From positions 1 to 64,000 of the forward strand of contig PDIP01000047.1 of assembly GCA_002811645.1 (NCBI GenBank): a stretch of DNA of 64,000 nucleotides. The letters run 5' to 3'. The position numbers were made by a program, and so were the translations under genes. The notes beneath the pieces are model-generated. The model saw nothing but the letters and a program-made list of their open reading frames with translations. It searched no databases and had not been told where the DNA came from. Positions 22,040-30,582 of the stretch are shown piece after piece. The stretch is from Corallochytrium limacisporum Hawaii (lineage: Eukaryota; Protista; Pluriformea). Position 1 is the first letter of the stretch; every line of letters starts with the position of its first letter.

Positions 22040-23296
22040 ATGTCGGAGACTAATGGACATGTTGTGGAGGTTGATTTTGGCTCTTTGAACCCGCGGGTGG
22101 AGGCCATGAAGCCTTCTGCCACGGGAGCACTCTTCTCCGTGGTTGCGGACATGGAGCGTCAAGGAACTAAGGTCCTTCGTCTGAATGTCGGTGAACCAGA
22201 CTTTTCTGCGCCTCCAGAAGTGATTGCGGGAGGAATGAAGACCCTCACTGATGGGGATACGTTCTACACCGAGAATCAGGGATCAATGGCACTGCGTCAG
22301 AGTATCTGCAAGAAATTGGAGCGTGACAACGGACTGAAATACACTCCGCAACAGGTTGTTGTAAGCAACGGCGCGAAACAGAGCATCCAGCAGGTGATCA
22401 TGGCCCTTGTACGCCCTGGAGATGAGGTTATTGTACCTGCCCCTTTCTGGGTGTCGTATCCTGAGATGGTCCGGTACGCGGGTGGTATTCCCGTCATGGT
22501 TAATACCGAACCGGAGAATGGCTTCTGCCTGACTGCGGAACAACTCAAGCAGGCCCTTACGGAAAAGACTCGGATCCTTATTTTATGCAGTCCAAGCAAT
22601 CCAACAGGTGGCATTTACTCTGAGACTCTACTGAAGGAGCTTGCTAGCGTGCTACGGGAGTGCGCACCAGCTGACTGCGCCGTTTTGACGGATGAAATCT
22701 ATGAGTACATCAACTTCGGCGACGTGCCCCATTGTAGTATGGCTGCGCTGTCATCGGATATGTACGCAAGAACGTTTACGGTCAATGGCTTCAGCAAGGG
22801 ATACGCAATGACGGGATTTCGCCTCGGATATGTAGCTGCTCCAACTACAAAACTGGCTGGTATTCTGTCCCGTATCCAGGGCCAGACCACCGGCTGTCCT
22901 TCCTCTGTGTCCCAGCGAGCAGGCATCTCTGGCCTGGAAGAGCTGAAACCTGAGTACTTTGAGAAGATCGCAAACGTCTACAAGGAACGTCGCGACTGCT
23001 GCATGAAGATCCTGCGGAAGACCAACCTGAAGTTGCATGTACCACCGGGCGCATTCTACCTGTTCCCGCTGGTAGACCACCTCTACGGCAAGACATACTC
23101 TCACAACGGGGAGATTAAGACCATCAAGAACAGCTATGACATGGCCGGATACCTCCTCGCAGTGGGCAAGGTGGCACTTATGCCAGGTGCTCCATTCGGT
23201 GATGATCGCGGCATCCGTATTGCATACGCAAACAGCATCGAGAACCTCACGGAAGCAATGGAGGCCATTGTTTCGGCAATCAATGCCTTAGAATAG
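22040..23296 (+). CDS. PLP-dependent class I-beta aspartate (possibly prephenate) aminotransferase
   Basis: MKPSAT, GEPDF, NGAKQ, SPSNPTG, DEIY and PLP-lysine motif SKGYAMTGFRLGY. Confidence 0.92.
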   Translation: MSETNGHVVEVDFGSLNPRVEAMKPSATGALFSVVADMERQGTKVLRLNVGEPDFSAPPEVIAGGMKTLTDGDTFYTENQGSMALRQSICKKLERDNGLKYTPQQVVVSNGAKQSIQQVIMALVRPGDEVIVPAPFWVSYPEMVRYAGGIPVMVNTEPENGFCLTAEQLKQALTEKTRILILCSPSNPTGGIYSETLLKELASVLRECAPADCAVLTDEIYEYINFGDVPHCSMAALSSDMYARTFTVNGFSKGYAMTGFRLGYVAAPTTKLAGILSRIQGQTTGCPSSVSQRAGISGLEELKPEYFEKIANVYKERRDCCMKILRKTNLKLHVPPGAFYLFPLVDHLYGKTYSHNGEIKTIKNSYDMAGYLLAVGKVALMPGAPFGDDRGIRIAYANSIENLTEAMEAIVSAINALE

Positions 23297-23363
23297 GTTG
23301 GACATGTTTCGTGTTTCAATATATTTGTATTTTAGTGCACAATTTGTATGACAATTAGAACGT

Positions 23364-25247
23364 TTATGCGGCACGACTGAAGAGAACAATGCTCTCCGTC
23401 AAGTCACGCGATGCCTCCTTGTCGAACAGACTAAGCTTGAGGATGCCATCGGCAGTGACATCGACACCTACCGTGACATCACCTTTAACCTCGCCGAGAG
23501 ATGCAGTTAGCAGGTCAGTCTGTTTGCTCTGAGCGGCATCCTCGGCGACCAGTGCCACAGTGACGCCCTTACCGTTGCCGGCCTTGCACTCCAGAGTGGC
23601 GTGGCACGGAACGTTGGTATTTTCGCGGAAGACGGTCACATCACAACCGTCACCTTTCATCTTGATTGAGATGGGCAGGCCCTCTACCTCCCTTTGCGCC
23701 TCACGGGCCCAGACCTTACGGGCTGAGTGTCCGCGCAGGAAATAAGCCTGCAGAGCCGAGCCTAGGGCAGCCAAATCGTCCAAAGATGTGTACTGGTTGA
23801 TGGAGTCCTCAAGTTGTCCCTTGGGGAACATGCCAGCAATGGCATTGCGGAGCTTGGCAATATTTCCACACCCACCGCACACGATGACCTCATCAACCGC
23901 ATCGGCAGATACATTGGCCTCGGCCAAAGACTTTGTCACCGTGTCCTTCACGGCAGCAATGGCACCGTCCAGCAGCATTTCGAAGCGGCCCTTGTGCATC
24001 TTACCCTGAAAATCAACACCTTCGTGCAGGGAGTCCACGCTAACAGCCGCGTTTTCTGTTCCAGAACTGATGGTCTTCTTTACTTCCTCGCAGGCAGCCA
24101 CCAGCTTCTTTTGTGACCGTTTCGATTCCATTAGATCCATGCGGGTCTTGCGCTTGAATTCCTCAGCAAAGTGTTTCATCAGAGCTTGGTCGATGGTACC
24201 ACCTGACGCAGAATCACTGCGCTGTTCGCTGACCTTAGTATACAGGCCGTGACGAGCCATATAGATGGAGCTACTGTGGGCAGTGCCGCCGATATCGACA
24301 ACAGCAACAACATATCCCGCCGCTGGCTCGCTGTGTTCCTCGCTCTTCTCGCCCTTGCGATCGTGTTTCTCCCGCTCTCCGACACCCATAGCCATAATGG
24401 AGGCCATCGGGCTGTTAATGATTCGCAAGCAAGCCATGCCAGCCTCCTTGCACGCACTACGAACCAGGTTCAGAACCACTGGATGGCTCTCATGATCGAA
24501 TCCTGCAGGGATACTGACCACGCAGGACCTCACAGAAGAATGTGTGTAGCTTTCGGCAGTGACGCGAAGATTGTCAAAAAGAGAAGTGAGCAATTTGCGT
24601 GCAGGAATGGTTCCGTCACGCTCATCTTCACTCTCTGTGGCCAGATCAGGCAAAGCAACAAGAGGACCAATGGGGCTTTCATCAGCCTCCGTGTCGGCCT
24701 TAGCAGGTTCCATGACGGAGTAGGAAGCGAGTCCAAGTTTCCGCAGCGTAGTGAGCCTCTGTTCACGCTGCTCAGCTTCTGCAGCAGCAATCATGTCAAT
24801 GATACCCATCGCGACACTTCCCGGGAATCGAATGAGACGGCTCTTGGCGCTAGCACCCACATCGAAGTGCTGAGTACCATCCTCATCGTTTACGACGGAA
24901 ACAGCAGCGCTTGTGGCTCGGTGACCGTCCGCATTCGCAACCACAGAGGCAGCTGTGTTTAGGACAGTCTTTGCGTTGGTCCAGCCACCTTGCAGACCCG
25001 AAGAGTCAGCGTCGATGACTGCAACTCGGCAAGACGACGAACCAATGTCAATGCCGATGCACCAGCGAGAGTCAGCAGTGTCATCGTACAGGTCCAGAGA
25101 GGCCTTGACAGGGGTTTCCTCCTTCTTTTGTGGAGTTTCCTTGACCGGAGTACTGGGTGCGGATTCACCGCGGCCAGCAGCTGCTGCAGCTGCAGCTGCC
25201 TGAGCCTTGGCCTTCTTGCCGCCCTTCCTATTTCCCTTAGGAGCCAT
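23364..25247 (-). CDS. HSPA14: atypical Hsp70, HSPA14/Ssz1-like (ribosome-associated complex)
   Basis: GIDIGSS, VANADGHR, VVDIGG, HFAEEFKRK, VDSLHEGVDF; truncated substrate-binding domain, no EEVD. Confidence 0.75.
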   Translation of the reverse strand: MAPKGNRKGGKKAKAQAAAAAAAAGRGESAPSTPVKETPQKKEETPVKASLDLYDDTADSRWCIGIDIGSSSCRVAVIDADSSGLQGGWTNAKTVLNTAASVVANADGHRATSAAVSVVNDEDGTQHFDVGASAKSRLIRFPGSVAMGIIDMIAAAEAEQREQRLTTLRKLGLASYSVMEPAKADTEADESPIGPLVALPDLATESEDERDGTIPARKLLTSLFDNLRVTAESYTHSSVRSCVVSIPAGFDHESHPVVLNLVRSACKEAGMACLRIINSPMASIMAMGVGEREKHDRKGEKSEEHSEPAAGYVVAVVDIGGTAHSSSIYMARHGLYTKVSEQRSDSASGGTIDQALMKHFAEEFKRKTRMDLMESKRSQKKLVAACEEVKKTISSGTENAAVSVDSLHEGVDFQGKMHKGRFEMLLDGAIAAVKDTVTKSLAEANVSADAVDEVIVCGGCGNIAKLRNAIAGMFPKGQLEDSINQYTSLDDLAALGSALQAYFLRGHSARKVWAREAQREVEGLPISIKMKGDGCDVTVFRENTNVPCHATLECKAGNGKGVTVALVAEDAAQSKQTDLLTASLGEVKGDVTVGVDVTADGILKLSLFDKEASRDLTESIVLFSRAA

Positions 25248-25896
25248 AGCGATTCAGTATACGATCTGGAACACTATGTTTAAGTTCCAATATATTAACA
25301 ATAAAATTTAATATTTCAGAGCACGATCCACTTATACGTTACGCACACAACTTGCCGACTTTAGAACAGTCTTGTTAAACACCGCACGCTGGCCTGCCAG
25401 AGAGTGTACGTGAGACTCGCCCCCTCCCAATCTCGTTCGCGTGGGGGGGGGGGGGGGGGGGGGAGGGGTGGTTGGGGGAAACCAGGGTCGAGCATTTTCG
25501 CGGTTCCAACAGAGAGTCCTCGGTAGAGTGGCTTCCGGATTTTCGGGTCCACGGTCCCCCCACCCTCTTCTTTCGCGCCCAAGATCTCACCGAACTCCCA
25601 AGCGCTGTTACATCCTTCGGCGCTCGCCCAAGTTTTCTTCCTACAGGCGTCGGTTTTGTGGCTGCACTGGGACGCGAAACGGAAAACAAGGAAGTATGGA
25701 AGGCCGGAGTTTCCCCATATATTGAGTACGGACAAAGTCGCCCAGAGCCAGGGCCCGTCTCCCCACCGTGTCCCACCATGCGGGTCAATGGCCTTGATTC
25801 GACACAGTATTTTAATATTTTCACACACACAAAATTTTAAACACACAATTGAACAAGTTTGATTTTCGTTTTCGCCAATAAAGGGGTCAGCAATTT

Positions 25897-26283
25897 GTGA
25901 GATATTTTCTTACCCGGTTGGGTCCGAGCTTATATACATTGTGTATGAACACCGCTGCCATAGGTACCTGCATAGTAAACATACCAAAGGCCTACCCATT
26001 TGTCTTTGCTGCATACATTGTGCACCACAGGCATGTGCCGTGGCAGAGACTCTGCGGACCCCAGCGCTTGACTATACTTATGTGACAGATAGTGGAACGG
26101 CTGGTATACCTTTGGTTAGGTGGCTAGCAGGGACACGCAGTGGCCAATGACAGTTTGGGAACACGTCTTATACAGAAAATTGTATTGCACTATGCACGTA
26201 GGTTATTGATAGGTATAAGTAAGTTATGATCTAGTCAACCTCTAATGTGATTACTAAATCTTTACTCCGGGAATAATAACTAG
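25897..26283 (+). other. candidate 5'UTR intron of RPS25 containing a long fold-back
   Basis: GTGAGA at 25897, nested stems 25916-26236, CTAAT/TACTAAA at 26242-26258, TAG at 26281-26283, ATG at 26293. Confidence 0.5.
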
Positions 26284-26292
26284 GTAGTCAAT

Positions 26293-26634
26293 ATGCCGCC
26301 TAAGGTTCAGAAGTCCAAGGAAGCCAAGGCCAAGGCCGCCGCGGCCGGTGGTAAGGCCAAGAAGAAGAAGTGGAATAAGGGTAAGGTCCGCGATAAGCTG
26401 GAGAACGCCGTTATGTTTGACAAGGCCACTTACGCTAAGTTCGAGAAGGAGGTGCCCTCTTACAAGCTGATCACCCCCGCCATCGTTTCCGAGCGCATGA
26501 AGGTTCGCGGTTCTCTTGCTCGCGCTGCTCTGAAGGAGCTCGAAGAGAAGGGTGTTATCAAGCCTGTTGTCAAGAGCCACGCTCAGCTCATTTACACCCG
26601 CGCTGTCGGTGGTGATGAGGAGGCCGAGGCCTAA
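26293..26634 (+). CDS. RPS25: 40S ribosomal protein eS25
   Basis: MPPK...[17 protein letters not shown]...[10 protein letters not shown]...GSLARAAL...HAQLIYTRA; strong codon bias. Confidence 0.98.
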   Translation: MPPKVQKSKEAKAKAAAAGGKAKKKKWNKGKVRDKLENAVMFDKATYAKFEKEVPSYKLITPAIVSERMKVRGSLARAALKELEEKGVIKPVVKSHAQLIYTRAVGGDEEAEA

Positions 26635-27009
26635 ATCGGGTTTTCTATTCACATTATGCTCCGGCATCTACATTTTTCAATTAGCTTTTTCATTTCCGTA
26701 CATGTATCAAAAATCAGTGCATAGAATCTTAAGAATTATTTAATTCGAAAACCATGGGCCTGCTGTGTTTATTTTTTTGTCCGTATGCCACAAATGCGAC
26801 ATGACATAGGGACAGAGTAGCTATTGTCGTTCAATCATGTCTGTGTAGATGCTGCTTGCCATTGCCTCCGACTCTACTTGTGAGTGTGCTAATCCTTCTT
26901 CAGGTACAAGCTGCGGAATCTTCATCTTTACATTACTATCTGTGTACGAGAATATTCTACATGTGGCGATATTGAGAATTCCTACAAAGTTTTATATCTT
27001 GCTCATGCT

Positions 27010-27438
27010 CTAGGTCGGATTCGGTTTGGGTGGCTTCGCCTTAACCTTGTCGAACCTTTCTTCCAATTGGTTCACAATATTCTCTACTTCTTGAACAGCG
27101 ATCTCAAGGTTCGTTACACTCTCCTGGAGTTCGTGGTAGGGCTTCAAGCGCGTAAAGACCTTGTCCAATTCCTTTTCACAGGTGATGGCTCTGCGCGCGA
27201 TTGTGTCCGTTTGTACTCGCATCTCTCTGAAGTCTTTGGCAAGATTGACATTGACGGCTTTAAGAAGTTCATAGTCAATGAGGGCTCCCTGGACCTCTGC
27301 CCGCAGATAGTCCTCGATCGCAGCAAACATCTCTTCTCCAGCTACCTGTACATCTCCCGTGGGCCCTTCACTGCCGGATGCCTGCGATTCCGTGGGCTCA
27401 CTGCCTGCTCCTTCGGTCTTTGCTTGGTCGTCTGTCAT
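27010..27438 (-). CDS. BLOC1S2: BLOC-1 complex subunit 2
   Basis: MFAAIEDYLRAEV...DYELLKAVN...ELQESVTNLEIAV coiled coil matches the BLOC1S2 pattern; ATG at 27438. Confidence 0.8.
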   Translation of the reverse strand: MTDDQAKTEGAGSEPTESQASGSEGPTGDVQVAGEEMFAAIEDYLRAEVQGALIDYELLKAVNVNLAKDFREMRVQTDTIARRAITCEKELDKVFTRLKPYHELQESVTNLEIAVQEVENIVNQLEERFDKVKAKPPKPNPT

Positions 27439-27905
27439 GACTATACAATTCCAACAAGACTTACTATCAGGCTGCGTCAAACTCAGGGCGTGATCATACA
27501 CTGTAACGAAGTTTCCAAACAGTTGATCACCTGTGGCTGACCTATATCGGCAAGCAAACTCGATATTTCCAACCAATAGAAACTGTGGCAGAGTTAACGA
27601 TTACAAGTGTAATTGCAATACTACACCGTAAATATATCTGAATAACTACATCAGTATCATGCACTACGCTGTTGGTCCCTTTGAAACTTAAATAGCTCAC
27701 TGCCTCGCGTTGCGCCAAAGGGGTACTTTTACTATGCACCGCGGGCAGCCCGTACGGGCGAGGTTCGGAAGGGGAAAGGCCCGATGTGGGGAGGGCAAAG
27801 ACAAAACATAGGAAAGACGGCAGGGTTCGGCTGATGACTGATAATACTAGTTTCTTTAACAAAGGTAGTAGATTCTGAAGTATGATGATGACCCAAGCAG
27901 CCATG

Positions 27906-28703
27906 TCATCCAACAATGGTACCAGGTGGGAAGTAGGATACACCGAACTCCGTACTCTTGAAGTGGAGATGGCGCGGCCCCAGCAAACTGTCCACAGTGC
28001 TGCTTTGAATGTCCCTCGAGCTAGGTCGCTGAGCTGTGATCGCTTCCATGGCTTTGCCAACTCCAAAGCGAACAATGAGCTCGCCATGTATAGCTTTTGA
28101 AATGCCAGACTTCAGTGGTCGCTCATCAACGGTGAGGTCGGCCATGGAGTGCAGCTCGTCTGCTAAGGCAGAGTCCTTGATGAGAACCACAGTATATCCA
28201 TTCCGCTGTTCTGCACACGCCTGCGCGTGCAAAACCAAGTGTTGAATAGCTCCTTGGTCAGGTGTAAGATATTGCAGCACTGTGAGATCATCGATGAAGA
28301 CACAAAGTCGTTCGCACACCCCTTCATCACTCGCTTCATCCAATTGGGAAATGCACCTTTGCAGGTCTGCTAAGCAGTCATCAATTGTCCAAGGTTTGGG
28401 TGTGAGATCTCCGGACGAGGTGCACACGTCACGATACGGGGACACAACTCGAAAGCGTCCTTTTCCTTCCAGATCCCGAAGGTTCAAACCATATTTGGCA
28501 GCGATTACTCGATAGTGAGCGTCACTGTTTAGCAGCGATATCAATACCACGTTACATTTGTCCTTCAATGCTTGACAGAGCGAGCTGGCAATCATGAAGC
28601 TAGCTTCTCCGCCATTTAATTCACGGACAAGCATTAACTCTCCACCCTTTAGCAAAGGTGAGTTGCCTGCTAACCCGAGGGCCTCGTCTAGTCTGCTGAA
28701 CAT
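27906..28703 (-). CDS. ELP6: Elongator complex protein 6
   Basis: ASFMI, HYRVIAAKYGLNL, VFIDDL, PLKSGISKAIHGEL, HFK...GVSYFPPG. Confidence 0.88.
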   Translation of the reverse strand: MFSRLDEALGLAGNSPLLKGGELMLVRELNGGEASFMIASSLCQALKDKCNVVLISLLNSDAHYRVIAAKYGLNLRDLEGKGRFRVVSPYRDVCTSSGDLTPKPWTIDDCLADLQRCISQLDEASDEGVCERLCVFIDDLTVLQYLTPDQGAIQHLVLHAQACAEQRNGYTVVLIKDSALADELHSMADLTVDERPLKSGISKAIHGELIVRFGVGKAMEAITAQRPSSRDIQSSTVDSLLGPRHLHFKSTEFGVSYFPPGTIVG

Positions 28704-30582
28704 CAGCCTATATATCTATGTCAACCCGGCCAGTTTGAAGAGCACAGCCTCTTCGGTGTTGGTACACAATCTACACATAGTCTTGATTGTCCTATTAAAC
28801 TACCATCTCTACCTCTGAATTCCACCTAAAGACAAGAATCTCCGACACCCATGTCATCAAATGCGAGTGCAAGCCACCGGCCACGAGTCTCTCAGGGCGG
28901 GGTGCATTGCTGCTGGTCCTCTTTTCACATCCGGAGCCTGCGCTAAAGTCCACTCCAAGGTTTCATGCCTTTGTGTTTTGGCCACCGCTCCATCCTTTGG
29001 CCGGTTTGCTGATGATGACGAATCTCTTGAACCGGTGGGTCTATAGACAATGTACTGTCACCTGGGCTCGAGAGAAAATTGTGAGCGGCCGGTACGGTCC
29101 TTTCGAAACACCTCCGTTTTCAAAATTGCTGCTTGCGGCAAGCCTGGAAGGACAAGCCAACCTACCCGCACAAGAGGTCATTGACCCAAACGAAAAGTCT
29201 CTAAACAAAAGAAGGAAAACTTCGCAGCACATTCAGTAGTGCAGCGACTTGACCTTCCTTTTCGGTTCCGTTCAGCACCATCTCCGTATTCTGCAGCCCC
29301 CCCCCCTTCTCCTCGGCGTCTCATCAGAAAGAGTGCGCAACGCGCCGCCGCGGACCCTCCTCACCCACCGCACCAGGCAAAAGGGGGATATAGGGGGGGG
29401 GAGACACCAAGCCCCGAACGAACGCGACAGTGCCGTGCCCAAAATGAAGAAAGAAAAGGTGGCAAAGGAAAATCGAGGGGTGCAGAATTGGCTTCGTACA
29501 ATTTTCAAACTCTCGCTCCTCCTTCCCCCCTTCTCTTTCCCCGCGCCCCCTCCTGCGGAAGAAGACAGGGGGCCCCCCTTTTTCTCCCCCTCCCCAGCCC
29601 CAGGTCGATCCTCTCGTTTCCTGACTTTTCCCAATACCTTTTCCGCCCCCCATTTCGGTCGCCTTATCTTCAGTATGGAAAATGACGTTCAAACCCTTAC
29701 CCGCCCCGTCCCCCTTCCCGGGTGCGGTATTTAATTCCGGTCGATTCCATACTTTGCTTCCAACACATATGTTTTGTACGCGTCGGTGGGGCATGGCGCA
29801 CTCACCCTATCTCCCTGTCGCTCCTCGGTTTTTATTTCCTGTGCGTGGCGTTCGGAAACACTGAATTGGCAGAAGGAAAAACCCAGCAGCGGCGGTGGTT
29901 TGTGGTAGAGTCTTAAAACCGGGTTTCCCCGTTCGCTCTCCATCAACGCCGACCGTGGAGGAGCGGGCCCCCGGGGGGAGGGATGTGGGGGGAGGGCAGC
30001 GTACGTGAAGAAAAAAGGGTAAGTGATGGAACGTCCGACCACTGTTGGCAGTTAATAATAGGGATAGATAGGGAGTTGGAGTTGAGTCCTTTAATATCAT
30101 CGAAGAGAGGGGGGGGACCTAGGGGCGGGTGGATTCCGAGGGGGTTGCAACTGCTACCCGACGGTCACAACACAGTTGGCGAATTCCACTGGCTTTCGAT
30201 CATTGCACTGAATCGTGGCACAGCTCGAGGGAGTGATCAATGTACGGCCGAGACTACACCTGATCGAGACCGAACGGTTAATAGAGTGAGATTGCTTCCA
30301 GCTCTTACAAAGGAAAGAAATGAACTACGAACAATGCCCCGCCAACCGTTTGAAGGTTCTTCAGAGGATCGAATGGTTTGCATTGTAATAACGCCTCAAT
30401 GTGCTGACATCAGCAATTTATTAGCAACGAACGTGTCCTCACTATCGGGACGCGTGAGCATGGGCAAGTGACTGTAGTATTTGCGCATCAGAATACACTT
30501 CAAGATGTAATGGGTTCCAAGTCAGTCGAAACAGAGATACTCGTCGCAGATCTATATCTCGAGAAAGCAAGAGTTGAGCACA

